Of a stretch of 64,000 nt of DNA, positions 48,487 to 58,623 are shown one piece after another. The stretch spans positions 10,638-74,637 of the forward strand of contig JBKHVI010000002.1 in the NCBI GenBank assembly GCA_046570105.1. The letters run 5' to 3'. The notes beneath the pieces are model-generated. The model was not told the origin of the DNA, did no database searches, and saw only the letters and a list, made by a program, of their open reading frames with translations. This DNA is from Bacteriovoracia bacterium (GTDB lineage: Bacteria; Bdellovibrionota; Bacteriovoracia; Bacteriovoracales; Bacteriovoracaceae). Positions within the stretch are counted from its first letter, which is position 1; each line of letters starts with the position of its first letter. The position numbers and the translations under genes were made by a program.

Positions 48487-49114
48487 ATTTTTGTTTATTT
48501 TTGCTTTGTCGATCAATGCCTTTGCGGAAGGCAAAATTACTTTCTTAAAGGGAAAAGTGACTGCGCTCACTCTTAAGCAAGGTGTCCATCACAGTAAGCC
48601 ACTTAAAAAGAATGATCGGATTAAAGCTGGTCATTCCTATCTGACTCATGATCTCTCGCAGGCCGTAATCAAAATGGAAGATGGAACATGGTTACGCTTA
48701 GGTAGTGACACAAAATTTGAAATCAGCGAGAAAAAAGAACACTTCGTTGTCACCATCTTAACTGGCACTGCTCGTGTGCTTTTTGCGCCGTCATTACAAA
48801 AAAAATCAAAATTCAAACGCCTGGTTTTGCAAACACCTGATGCGCATATCGAGACAGCCGAAGGTAAATTCACCCTCACCTACATGCCTCTATTCCAACA
48901 CACTTCTGTTTACGTGGAAAAAGGACTTGTGCAACTTTCATCATTGAGTGATCGTATTTTACAGGTTCCAGAAACCATCCATACTGGCGAATACGCGGAA
49001 CTGGTAAAAAACGAGGCAAGACCGCGCACCAGTCGCCCCATGAGCGAGCGTGAGCAGACCATGCTTAAGACCCTGATGTTTTCGCAGCTTAAAGACTCAA
49101 AGAACAGTCTCTAA
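48476..49114 (+). CDS. FecR-domain secreted protein
   Basis: Signal peptide, GKITFLKGKV, EDGTWLRLGSDT, TPDA, VYVEKGLV. GTG 48476 after AGGAG. Confidence 0.75.
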   Translation: MLLKFLFIFALSINAFAEGKITFLKGKVTALTLKQGVHHSKPLKKNDRIKAGHSYLTHDLSQAVIKMEDGTWLRLGSDTKFEISEKKEHFVVTILTGTARVLFAPSLQKKSKFKRLVLQTPDAHIETAEGKFTLTYMPLFQHTSVYVEKGLVQLSSLSDRILQVPETIHTGEYAELVKNEARPRTSRPMSEREQTMLKTLMFSQLKDSKNSL

Positions 49115-49279
49115 ACTGAAATTTATCAGTAAAGTCCGAAGCTCACAATTATCGCTCGTTGCAACGTTCTTTTTGAGGACGCCTAGATATATCGGCGTTT
49201 GTGTCACTATCATCCTGGCAGAAGTCCCATTTTAAAATCAAACCTATGCGCCAGGATGAGACTGATAAATTTCAATTTA
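49112..49279. repeat. 168-bp element bounded by 19-bp terminal inverted repeats (MITE-like or structured RNA)
   Basis: TAAACTGAAATTTATCAGT (49112-49130) vs ACTGATAAATTTCAATTTA (49261-49279), 18/19 match. Internal 10-bp IR TCATCCTGGC/GCCAGGATGA. Confidence 0.7.
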
Positions 49280-49280
49280 T

Positions 49281-50690
49281 CTAAAAATTCAGAGCTCTAT
49301 TCTCTGTTGCCGCCAGACAAGCTTCTTTAATGGCCTCTGCATAAGTCGGATGCGCATGAGACATACGTCCTATGTCTTCCGCACTGGCACGATACTCCAT
49401 CGCTACCACGGCTTCTGCGATTAAGTCTGCACAACGCGGACCAATCATATGAATGCCCAGGATCTCATCGCTGGTTTTATCTGCCAACACTTTTACAAAG
49501 CCATCTTTTTCGTCACTGGCGCGCGCGCGACCTAGGGCCATCATGGGAAATTTACCCACTTTGTAAGCAATATTTTTTGCTTTAAGTTCTTGTTCTGTAT
49601 GACCAACTCCGGCGACTTCCGGCCAGGTATAAACCACGCCAGGGATTAAGTTATAGTTGATATGCGGTTTTTGTCCGGCCAAAATTTCGGCGAGATAAAC
49701 ACCTTCTTCTTCAGCTTTATGTGCCAACATGGCACCACGTACCACATCTCCGATCGCATAAATTCCTTGAACGGGAGTCGCTAAATGGTCATCCACCGGA
49801 ATGCGACCACGCTCATCCTCCTTAAGCCCTGCACTTTCTAAATTCAAATTATCAGTGAAAGGACGACGGCCAACTGCGACCAAGACGTAATCACCTTCTA
49901 AAGTAATTTCTGCTCCACCCTCTTTGGCTTTTGCTTTCACTATGACTTTGTCTTTTTGACGATCAACGCTCGTGACACCATGACCTAAGTGAAATTCAAC
50001 ACCATCGCGCTTTAAAACTTTTTGTAATTCTTTGCCAAGATCAGCATCCATCGCCGCGATGATGCGGTCAGCGTATTCCACGACTGACACTTTAGCTCCC
50101 AGACGTTTAAAGACTGAACCCATTTCAAGGCCAATCACGCCTCCCCCGATCACGATCATGTGCTTGGGAACTTCTTGCAGTTTAAGAGCTTCAGTAGAAG
50201 TGATGATGCGTTCTTTATCAATCTTCACACCTGGAAGACTTGAGGGCTTTGAGCCAGTCGCTATGACAATTTTATTTCCGGTAATCTGTTTTTCACCATC
50301 TGATCCGGCGATTTTGACTGTGTTTTTGTTCACAAACGAGCCATGGCCATAATACACAGTGATTTTATTTTTTTTCATGAGTCCCGCCACACCGACGGTA
50401 ATCGCCTTCACCACTTTCTGGACTCGATCGGCCATTTTAGAAACATCGAGGGCAACTTTACCCACACCAATACCGTGACTTTCAAAGCTATGAGTGGCTT
50501 CGTGAAATTTTTCTGATGAATCTAGCCAGGCCTTGGAGGGAATACAGCCCACATTTAAGCAAGTGCCGCCCAAAGTGGTGTAGCGCTCGATAATCGCCAC
50601 TTTCATACCTAGTTGGGCACAACGAATGGCACAGATATATCCACCTGGACCCGAGCCAATAACAACAACATCAAAATTTTCCAAGCTCAT
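49281..50690 (-). CDS. lpdA: Dihydrolipoyl dehydrogenase
   Basis: GSGPGGY, GGTCLNVGCIPSK, HAHPTYAE. Confidence 0.96.
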   Translation of the reverse strand: MSLENFDVVVIGSGPGGYICAIRCAQLGMKVAIIERYTTLGGTCLNVGCIPSKAWLDSSEKFHEATHSFESHGIGVGKVALDVSKMADRVQKVVKAITVGVAGLMKKNKITVYYGHGSFVNKNTVKIAGSDGEKQITGNKIVIATGSKPSSLPGVKIDKERIITSTEALKLQEVPKHMIVIGGGVIGLEMGSVFKRLGAKVSVVEYADRIIAAMDADLGKELQKVLKRDGVEFHLGHGVTSVDRQKDKVIVKAKAKEGGAEITLEGDYVLVAVGRRPFTDNLNLESAGLKEDERGRIPVDDHLATPVQGIYAIGDVVRGAMLAHKAEEEGVYLAEILAGQKPHINYNLIPGVVYTWPEVAGVGHTEQELKAKNIAYKVGKFPMMALGRARASDEKDGFVKVLADKTSDEILGIHMIGPRCADLIAEAVVAMEYRASAEDIGRMSHAHPTYAEAIKEACLAATENRALNF

Positions 50691-50695
50691 TCTCC

Positions 50696-51895
50696 CTAGA
50701 CATCCAGCAACAAGCGCGCCGGATCTTCGATCATTTCTTTAACTGTTTTTAGAAAGCTCACAGACTCACGGCCATCGACAATTCTATGATCATAAGAGAG
50801 CGCAAGGTACATAATCGGACGGATCACCACTTGGCCATTCACTGCCACGGGACGCTCCACGATGTTATGCATACCCAGAATCGCCGATTGCGGAATATTT
50901 ATAATCGGTGTCGAGAGCATAGAACCAAACACACCACCGTTAGTGATCGTGAATGTGCCGCCTTGCATTTCATCAATACCGAGTTTCCCATCACGGGCAC
51001 GTCCGGCGAGTTCAATAATTTTCAATTCAATTTGCGCCAAACTCATCGCCTCAGCATTACGAACGACCGGCACCACCAGTCCACGAGGAGTTGAAACCGC
51101 CACACCGATATCAGCGTAGTTGTGATAAACGATTTCAGTGCCATCAATCATGGCGTTTACGGCAGGATAATTTTTTATCGCTTGGCAGACAGCTTTGGTG
51201 AAAAGCGACATGAACCCCAGGCCCACACCGTGTTTGTCTTTAAAGGCGTCTTTATATTTTTTTCGCAAATCCATGATCGCGGACATGTCGACTTCATTAA
51301 AAGTTGTCAGCATGGCAGTGGTATTTTTAGCTTCTACCAAACGTTTCGCAATCGTTTTGCGCAGATTGCTCATCTTCTCGCGTTTGATATCGCGACCGAA
51401 ACTTCCCTGAATGGTTTCTTTCACTAATTGCGCCATGGCATTGTCTTTAGGAGCAGAAGCCTGGGCAGTGAGTGCATCACCTTTGGTGATACGGCCATCT
51501 TTACCAGAGCCGGCGACAGCAGCAGGATCGACACCTTTCTCAGCGAGGATTTTTGCAGCAGCAGGAGATGGATAATTTTTATCACCACCTGTAGGAGCAG
51601 AAGGTGCTGATGGTTTTTCCGCAACTGGTGCCGGAGTAGCCGTTGCTGATGAGCTTGCAGCGGCGGTCTCGTCGACTTGCGCGACTTTCGCACCAATCTT
51701 AACGGTCTCCCCTTCTTTAACGAGGATTTTTAATTTACCGGCCTTTGGAGCGGCGACTTCCAGTGTGGCCTTATCCGATTCAATTGAAAGAATCGCTTCA
51801 TCCATTTTTACAATATCGCCGTCTTTTTTGAGCCAAGCGGCAATCGTTACTTCAGCAATCGATTCACCCACAGCAGGAACTACTACATCAATCAT
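50696..51895 (-). CDS. sucB: 2-oxoglutarate dehydrogenase E2
   Basis: Lipoyl [32 protein letters not shown]. Confidence 0.96.
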   Translation of the reverse strand: MIDVVVPAVGESIAEVTIAAWLKKDGDIVKMDEAILSIESDKATLEVAAPKAGKLKILVKEGETVKIGAKVAQVDETAAASSSATATPAPVAEKPSAPSAPTGGDKNYPSPAAAKILAEKGVDPAAVAGSGKDGRITKGDALTAQASAPKDNAMAQLVKETIQGSFGRDIKREKMSNLRKTIAKRLVEAKNTTAMLTTFNEVDMSAIMDLRKKYKDAFKDKHGVGLGFMSLFTKAVCQAIKNYPAVNAMIDGTEIVYHNYADIGVAVSTPRGLVVPVVRNAEAMSLAQIELKIIELAGRARDGKLGIDEMQGGTFTITNGGVFGSMLSTPIINIPQSAILGMHNIVERPVAVNGQVVIRPIMYLALSYDHRIVDGRESVSFLKTVKEMIEDPARLLLDV

Positions 51896-51907
51896 AATTG
51901 CTTCCTC

Positions 51908-54655
51908 TTAAACCGACTCAACTTTGCCAGCGGCAAAAGTCAGGTCCATTAATTTTTGTTGCTCTTGAGCATGCACGCTCGCATAGCCTGTCGCAGGACT
52001 GGCCGATGATTTGCGGGCAAGAAGTTTGAAGTCATTGAATTGTTCATAACGACGCAAGAAAGTAAACGCGCCCATGTTCTTAGGCTCTTCTTGCACCCAT
52101 ACTTTTTCAGCATGAGCATATTTTTTGATGAGAGCGAGGCTTTGCTCTTCTGGCATAGGATAAAGTTGCTCAAGACGCACAATCGCCACATCTTTACGGT
52201 TATCTTTTTTCTGGCGGGCCTTAAGATCGTAATACACTTTACCTGTACACATCACCAAGCGAGTGACCTCTTTGGCGCTGACATCAGCATCATCAATAAT
52301 TTCTTGAAAATTCCCGTCCGTAAAATCTTTCATCGAAGAGACACAATCAGGATGGCGCAGCAGTGACTTTGGCGAGAAGATAATCAACGGTTTTCTGAAT
52401 TCCCATTTCACCTGGCGGCGAAGAGCATGGAAAATATTTGCTGGTGTCGTAAGATTCGCCACCACCATATTCCACTCGGCCGCTAATTGTAAAAAGCGCT
52501 CCGGGCGTGCGTTGGAGTGCTCAGGGCCTTGTCCCTCATAACCATGAGGCAACAAAAGAGTCACACCTGATTGGCGCTGCCACTTCGACTCTCCAGAACA
52601 TATGAATTGATCAATAATGGTTTGCGCACCATTGGCAAAATCACCAAACTGCGCTTCCCAAATATTCAGACTCGATGGCGCTCCTAAGGAGTAACCATAC
52701 TCGAAACCTAATACCGCATATTCTGAAAGCAGAGAGTTGTAGATGCGGTACTTGCCTTGCTTAGGAGCAAAGTTTTGCAAAAAGACATGACGTGAATTGG
52801 AATCCTCATCCACCACTCCCGCATGACGATGCGAGAACGTTCCGCGGATACAATCTTGACCTGACATCCGTACGTTCACACCTTCTAAAAGCAGAGACCC
52901 ATAGGCCATATGCTCGGCCATCGCCCAATCCAGCTGATTGTCAGCAAAACGTTTTTTGCGCTCTTCGATGAGTTTTAAAATTTTATCGATCGGTTTAAAA
53001 CCAGCTGGCAAAGTGGTAATGCCTGCGAGCGTTTTCTCGAGGGCCTCTTTGGTGACTGCCGTTTTTGGTGAGTAATCAAAGTCTTTGGGAGTTGAACGAC
53101 GGAACGCTTTCCACTCTTCTTCAGGTTTTTGATAAAGATAGGGCAATGGCTTTTGTTTCACTTGATTGAAGCGATCCTGGAGAAGATTTTTAAACTCTTC
53201 TTCCATCTGTACCGCCAACTGCGCTTCAATCTGGCGGCCTTCAATCAACTTATCTTTGTAGACTTCGCGTGGATTGGCATGTTTGCCGATAAGTTTATAC
53301 AACGAAGGCTGTGTGAATTTTGGTTCGTCTGATTCATTGTGACCGTGTTTACGATAACAAACCATATCGATAAAGACGTCTTGCTTAAATTTTGCACGGA
53401 ATTCAATCGCCAGCTCCACCGCATAGACCACCGCTTCTGCGTCATCACCATTGACGTGGAGGATCGGTGCTTCCAAAGTGCGCGCCACGCTTGAGCAATA
53501 AATCGATGTACGGGCATCATCAAAATCTGTGGTGAAACCGACTTGGTTATTAATGACAAAATGAAGAGATCCGCCGACGTGATAACCCTTGAGACCTGAC
53601 ATTTGCAGAGTTTCGTAAACGATACCTTGGCCGGCAACGGCGGCATCACCGTGAATGATGACTGGCAATACTTTACTGCCATCTTCTTGATACAAGTTAT
53701 CAGCTTGCGCGCGTGAATAACCTAAAGCAACAGCATCAACCGCTTCCAGGTGCGAAGGATTCGGCATGAGTTTGAGATAAACACTCTTACCACTGCTCGT
53801 TTCTACTCGTGAGCTATAACCTAAGTGATACTTCACATCACCATCACCCATCGTGAGATCTGGTTTTGCTGTACCTTCGAATTCATTAAAAATGTATTCG
53901 TAAGTTTTGCCTAAAATATTGGCGAGCACATTCAAGCGTCCTCGGTGGGCCATGCCGATAACCACTTCTTCCACTCCTGTGGCCGAAGCTTTATTGATAG
54001 CAGCATCCAATGCCGGAATAGTATTTTCGCCACCTTCGAGCGAGAAGCGTTTCTGGCCCACATATTTGGTGTGCAAGAAATTTTCAAAAGCCACCGACTC
54101 ATTGAGTTTGCGTAAAATTCTTTTTTTCTTCTCTATCGGAAATTGGCGATCAGCGAGTCCCTTTTCAAAGCGCTCTTGAAACCAATGACGAACTTCATAG
54201 TTATTGATGTGCATGTATTCGGCACCAATCGGCCCCACGTAAATTTCATTCAACGTTTGAATGATCTCACGCAAGGTTGCACCCGGTTTACCTAGTACAT
54301 CACCAGTTGCAGCACGTTTATCCAAGTCGGCTTCTGTTAAACCATAATCGGCCAAATCAAGACGAGGATAACGATTTTTTCTTTCACGAACAGGATTGGT
54401 TTTGCTCAAAAGATGAGCGCGGGCGCGATAACCATTAATGAGTCGGAAAACTTTTAATTCAAAACCAAGTTCTGTACTCGCAACTCCTTCAGTGCCACTC
54501 CCAGTTGGAGACTGAGCGGCGTAATCAAAGCCACGAAAAAATTGGCGCCACGATTCGTCGATTCTAGCAGGATCGCGAAGATAGTCGCTGTAGAGACCAT
54601 CGATAAAAGCATTGTCCGCCGCGGTCACATACGAAAAATCAGATGAGGGTTTCAT
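51908..54655 (-). CDS. sucA: 2-oxoglutarate dehydrogenase E1
   Basis: GMAHRGRLN, GDVKYHLG, HGDAA, WEAQFGDF, PHGYEGQGPEHS. Confidence 0.97.
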   Translation of the reverse strand: MKPSSDFSYVTAADNAFIDGLYSDYLRDPARIDESWRQFFRGFDYAAQSPTGSGTEGVASTELGFELKVFRLINGYRARAHLLSKTNPVRERKNRYPRLDLADYGLTEADLDKRAATGDVLGKPGATLREIIQTLNEIYVGPIGAEYMHINNYEVRHWFQERFEKGLADRQFPIEKKKRILRKLNESVAFENFLHTKYVGQKRFSLEGGENTIPALDAAINKASATGVEEVVIGMAHRGRLNVLANILGKTYEYIFNEFEGTAKPDLTMGDGDVKYHLGYSSRVETSSGKSVYLKLMPNPSHLEAVDAVALGYSRAQADNLYQEDGSKVLPVIIHGDAAVAGQGIVYETLQMSGLKGYHVGGSLHFVINNQVGFTTDFDDARTSIYCSSVARTLEAPILHVNGDDAEAVVYAVELAIEFRAKFKQDVFIDMVCYRKHGHNESDEPKFTQPSLYKLIGKHANPREVYKDKLIEGRQIEAQLAVQMEEEFKNLLQDRFNQVKQKPLPYLYQKPEEEWKAFRRSTPKDFDYSPKTAVTKEALEKTLAGITTLPAGFKPIDKILKLIEERKKRFADNQLDWAMAEHMAYGSLLLEGVNVRMSGQDCIRGTFSHRHAGVVDEDSNSRHVFLQNFAPKQGKYRIYNSLLSEYAVLGFEYGYSLGAPSSLNIWEAQFGDFANGAQTIIDQFICSGESKWQRQSGVTLLLPHGYEGQGPEHSNARPERFLQLAAEWNMVVANLTTPANIFHALRRQVKWEFRKPLIIFSPKSLLRHPDCVSSMKDFTDGNFQEIIDDADVSAKEVTRLVMCTGKVYYDLKARQKKDNRKDVAIVRLEQLYPMPEEQSLALIKKYAHAEKVWVQEEPKNMGAFTFLRRYEQFNDFKLLARKSSASPATGYASVHAQEQQKLMDLTFAAGKVESV

Positions 54656-54801
54656 GAGAGAATCCAGGGTGATGAGTGTGACACTATTATAATGGGAATG
54701 GGGGCCTATCGAGAATGGAAATCGTTTTAAAAAATCACGACTTCACCAAGGCAAAGTGGCCGACATAAGTCGCGCTATGTTATTTTTTGCAACGCAAAGT
54801 G

Positions 54802-55461
54802 CTAGCGAAGAATCTGTCGCAAAAAATTGTTTAATGTTTGGAGAATGGGAGCAGGAATTTCATGGCCACCACGAAAGGGCGCCCACAGGCCTTGCCATTT
54901 TTTACTCTCTAGTACTTGATACAAATCTTTCGCTTGCGCCAGCGAGAGCAGCGGGTCTGCATCTCCATGGGATTGGAAAAAAGGAATACCATCAGGTGCC
55001 ACTGCAGCTTCTAAACCGGCCCGATCAAGTAAGGTACCTGAAAGAATAACTAAGGCGGCGGGATGAAGATGGGCCGCCAAATGAGTCGCCAACATGGCGC
55101 CTTGGCTAAAGCCACCTAACACAACTTGTGAATGCTTTTTTTGTAATTGGCGAACTTCTTCACTCATGAGCGAGAGAGCTTCGACAAATTCTGGCGGACG
55201 CTTATCCGCAAACATGCGGTGGCGACCTTCGCGCATCGCCTTCTCAAGCTCCACCATATCAATGGGAAACCAAGCGCGCCCTTCCCACATGCCACCAAAG
55301 GGAACACGCACCGGACCGTTGGGAAAATACCAATGCCACTTACTTTCAGGATCCAGAAAACGTCTGAGCGGTGCCAGATCATTCATGTCTGCGCCATAGC
55401 CGTGCAAGAGAACGACGGCGGCATCAGTGGAGCCCGAGAAATACACATGTTCCATTTTCAT
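54802..55461 (-). CDS. Phospholipase/carboxylesterase
   Basis: LHGYGA, GFSQGA, HGDAD, GGHEI. Confidence 0.88.
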   Translation of the reverse strand: MKMEHVYFSGSTDAAVVLLHGYGADMNDLAPLRRFLDPESKWHWYFPNGPVRVPFGGMWEGRAWFPIDMVELEKAMREGRHRMFADKRPPEFVEALSLMSEEVRQLQKKHSQVVLGGFSQGAMLATHLAAHLHPAALVILSGTLLDRAGLEAAVAPDGIPFFQSHGDADPLLSLAQAKDLYQVLESKKWQGLWAPFRGGHEIPAPILQTLNNFLRQILR

Positions 55462-55466
55462 GAAGT

Positions 55467-56084
55467 CTATTTTCTTTTCTTTGCGAGGAAGTCGGCAAGG
55501 GCCTTTTGAACGGCCATGAGTTCTGGTTTTAAATCAGGGTGCTTAGTATTCATGCGAACAATCAATTGTTGCACTTGATGCTGCAACAGTTTTGCGTCAG
55601 AGAGCATCTCTGCCATAAAGACACTTTTTTCCTGCGCCACCGCCACTTGCACGCTTGCTTCAAACTTGGTGTCTTCTACTAGCTGAACAAGTTGCGCCAA
55701 ATTCATATCTTCACCAGCAGGAGCTAATTGCAGAGCATTGGCCCCAGATACTGCTGGTTGAGTATTGCCGGCGGTTTTAGCCACTTGCGCTTTGGCCTGC
55801 GCCATCTTGGCACGCACATCATCTAGTTTTTTTACTGAAGCTGAGCCCGGTTGAACCTCTTCAGCTTTTGCTTCGGGCGCAGCAGCGGGTGCAGGCGTTT
55901 TAGCTTGCACAGGTTGAGCAGCCACGGCGGCTACCTTTTCTGGTTGAGGAGAAGTGACAGCTGGTGCAGGTTTTTCTGGTGCCGCTCCGAATTCTAAATC
56001 CAGATCGACGTGAACTGCTTCAGCTTTCTTCTTTTTTAATTCATCCTCATCTTCAAATTCGAGATCAAGATCTTCTAATGGCAT
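55467..56084 (-). CDS. Hypothetical protein: acidic N-terminus, Ala/Pro linker, helical C-terminus
   Basis: 205-aa ORF in operon with the esterase. Confidence 0.65.
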   Translation of the reverse strand: MPLEDLDLEFEDEDELKKKKAEAVHVDLDLEFGAAPEKPAPAVTSPQPEKVAAVAAQPVQAKTPAPAAAPEAKAEEVQPGSASVKKLDDVRAKMAQAKAQVAKTAGNTQPAVSGANALQLAPAGEDMNLAQLVQLVEDTKFEASVQVAVAQEKSVFMAEMLSDAKLLQHQVQQLIVRMNTKHPDLKPELMAVQKALADFLAKKRK

Positions 56085-56159
56085 AAGTTACACATATCCC
56101 TACAGTCTCGTCGGTCAATAGCTGCAAAAAATTGAGATTTTGATCATTTCGCTCAGGAC

Positions 56160-56186
56160 TCAAGTTTTTCTAGAAACCACCGATAT
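56160..56186 (+). promoter_or_regulatory. Putative sigma28 promoter
   Basis: TCAA(GTTT)-N15-ACCGATAT upstream of AGGAGG and ATG 56219. Confidence 0.55.
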
Positions 56187-56218
56187 GAGTCAGGTATGGT
56201 CTTTTGTTAGGAGGAAGC

Positions 56219-56734
56219 ATGTCAGGTGATGAAGACGATAAGGCAACGGTAGTCATTGATATCAATGCCTTAAAAAAACAAAAAGAAAATAAAGAAAAAG
56301 AAATCGCAGACTTGGCGAATGCTTTGAAGTTCAGTGGTGCCCCGGGAGAAACCGGAGTGGCACAAACGCCGATCATATTTTTTGAGTTTGGCGGTACCAC
56401 TTTTAAAGAAGCTCAGCCTCACATCCCGACTGATATGAATTGCAAAATTGTGAGCACTCTTCCTGAGTTGAACGATTGGCTTAAAAAGAAAATTCCCATG
56501 GTGGTGGTCTTTCCGTTTGATGTTAACCCCAAAGCAGTCAATCAGCTTTCGGCTCAGTTGAAAGTGAAATTCAAACACGTAAAAACAATTTTTGTCGCTC
56601 GCGGATTGTCGCCTGAAAAAATTAAAGTTCACCAGGCCTCGGTGGCCGGTGCTCATGCTTATTTAAAAGCACCCTTCTCAGTAAATGAAATTAAGTCCTG
56701 TTTGAGTCAGGCCTTGAAAAAAGCTGTTGCCTAA
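56219..56734 (+). CDS. Degenerate (pseudo) receiver-domain protein
   Basis: Receiver-like C-terminus AGAHAYLKAPF. The phospho-Asp and the KP Lys are not evident. Confidence 0.5.
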   Translation: MSGDEDDKATVVIDINALKKQKENKEKEIADLANALKFSGAPGETGVAQTPIIFFEFGGTTFKEAQPHIPTDMNCKIVSTLPELNDWLKKKIPMVVVFPFDVNPKAVNQLSAQLKVKFKHVKTIFVARGLSPEKIKVHQASVAGAHAYLKAPFSVNEIKSCLSQALKKAVA

Positions 56735-56773
56735 AAAAAAGGGCCGGTCAGAAAGATCATTTCACCGGCCCTT
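56733..56773 (-). terminator. Rho-independent terminator oriented for a minus-strand transcript
   Basis: Stem AAGGGCCGGT/ACCGGCCCTT. The A8 run on + gives a U8 tail on the minus strand. Confidence 0.65.
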
Positions 56774-56946
56774 AAGCGCATCTGGGAGGATGGCCAGTAG
56801 TTCCTACTGGTCTTTCGCGTTTCCATCCTGCCTGGCCTTTTATTAGGGCGTCAACAGACTGACATAGTTTTTTTTATCACACTGTGTACCAATCCATTAC
56901 TTCGATCATATTGACGGTTTCAGTCAGGGCCTGGAATGATAGCGGG

Positions 56947-58623
56947 ATGAAAAACACCCTACTTCTTGCTGCCTTGTGTCTAAGTTCTTTCTCTGCTCTT
57001 TGCGCCGATTGGTCACGAGAGGCCGAACTCCCCGGAGACGACGAATATTTAAGCTCAGAGCCTCGCACGAATATTTTTGAATTGCCTCAAGAAGAGTGGC
57101 GCCAGTCTCTTAAGGCCGGCCGTCATGCGATTTTTCATTATCCGGTCGAGATCACAGAACTGATGATTCCCTATCAACCGATGGTGGATTTTTTTGAGTC
57201 ATCAGAGAATGATCCTTTTAAAAAATGGATTTATTCGCTGGCGCAAGACATGGTGGGCATTCGCTCCATGCAAGATGTGATGAATTGGTTAGGCATTCAT
57301 CCCTTTGATGAGAACTCTCCCGAGGCCCTGATGGTGACACCCGAAGAGCGCAAACTAGGAATGGGAGCGACGATAGTCGAAACCAAAGGCACCAAGGGAC
57401 TCACTTTTAGTTGTGCCGCTTGCCACACCGGTGAGCTATTTGGAAAAAAAGTTGTGGGCCTTACCAACCGTTTCCCACGCGCCAATGAATTTTTTGCAAC
57501 GGCCAAAAAATATCTCCCCTATGCTCATCCTGAAATCTTCCAAGATATTTCTGGCGCCAGTGAGGCCGACACAGAAATTCTTAAACACTCACGCTATGTG
57601 GTAAACTTTGTGGGAGCACTCAAACCACAAGTTTTGGGCCTTGATACGAGCCTGGCACAAGTGGCTCTATCGCTGGCCCGTCGAGGTAAAGATGAGTATG
57701 CCAAACGCTCTCGTCTTAACTCCACTTTTCCTCGTAGCAATGCTTTAGAGAAAAAAATTGCTGACAGCAAACCGGCAGTTTGGTGGAACGTAAAATACAA
57801 AACCCGCTGGCTCTCTGATGGCTCGATCGTGCAAGGCAATCCCATTCATACGAATTTTTTGTGGAATGAAATCGGCCGCGGCATTGATCTGGCAGCACTC
57901 GAAAAATGGTTAGAGAAAAACCAGCAAGTCATTGATGATTTGACTGCTGCTGTTTTTGCTACCGAGGCACCTCAGTATCTTGATTATTTACCGGCCGACA
58001 CTTTAAATATTGAGCTCGCCAAGCAAGGTCAGCCCATATTTGAAAATACCTGTGCTCGCTGTCATGGTGAATATGAAAAAGCCTGGGATCAACCGGGTGC
58101 TCATCTGATGCCTCTTGCTGAACAAGTGAAAACCACGAAAGTTTGGTATCACAAGAAAACTCCGGTGCATGATGTGGGTACTGATCCAGGCCGCCATGAG
58201 GGTATGAAGTATTTTGCCAACGAACTGAATAATCTCAAAATTTCAAAAACCATGAAGACAGTCGTCGTTCCACAAAAAGGATATGTCCCCCCACCGCTCG
58301 TGGGAATCTGGGCACGCTGGCCTTATTTCCATAACAACTCTGCCCCTAATCTTTGTGCTGTCTTAACTCGTGCAGACAAGCGTCCAGAAACCTATATCGC
58401 AGGACCGGCGGTCAATCCTAGAACGGATTATGATGCTGATTGTGGTGGCTACCCCGCCATCGTGCCTGAGGCCTGGAAAAAGAATCCAGACTATTTCTAT
58501 GACACTCGTAAAGAGGGACTTGGAAGAATGGGCCATGACGAGGAGATCTTCCTGGATAATGGCGCAGAAATTTTAAGTGGAAACGACAAACGGGCGTTGA
58601 TTGAATTTTTGAAAACTCTTTAA
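56947..58623 (+). CDS. Secreted di-heme c-type cytochrome, RoxA-like
   Basis: Signal peptide, CAACH and CARCH, GYVPPPLVGIWARWPYFHNNSAP. Confidence 0.72.
   Translation: MKNTLLLAALCLSSFSALCADWSREAELPGDDEYLSSEPRTNIFELPQEEWRQSLKAGRHAIFHYPVEITELMIPYQPMVDFFESSENDPFKKWIYSLAQDMVGIRSMQDVMNWLGIHPFDENSPEALMVTPEERKLGMGATIVETKGTKGLTFSCAACHTGELFGKKVVGLTNRFPRANEFFATAKKYLPYAHPEIFQDISGASEADTEILKHSRYVVNFVGALKPQVLGLDTSLAQVALSLARRGKDEYAKRSRLNSTFPRSNALEKKIADSKPAVWWNVKYKTRWLSDGSIVQGNPIHTNFLWNEIGRGIDLAALEKWLEKNQQVIDDLTAAVFATEAPQYLDYLPADTLNIELAKQGQPIFENTCARCHGEYEKAWDQPGAHLMPLAEQVKTTKVWYHKKTPVHDVGTDPGRHEGMKYFANELNNLKISKTMKTVVVPQKGYVPPPLVGIWARWPYFHNNSAPNLCAVLTRADKRPETYIAGPAVNPRTDYDADCGGYPAIVPEAWKKNPDYFYDTRKEGLGRMGHDEEIFLDNGAEILSGNDKRALIEFLKTL

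Noticed and set aside
49112..49279. 6S RNA, SRP RNA or tRNA identity for the inverted-repeat element
   Set aside because: The pairing is multi-branched rather than a 6S-like rod with a central bubble, and I saw no SRP or tRNA consensus motifs. An Rfam search is needed to exclude these formally.
56870..56892. Sigma54-like TGGTAC-N5-GTGAT upstream of the candidate sRNA (minus strand)
   Set aside because: The -12 element lacks the conserved GC, so it is too weak to call.
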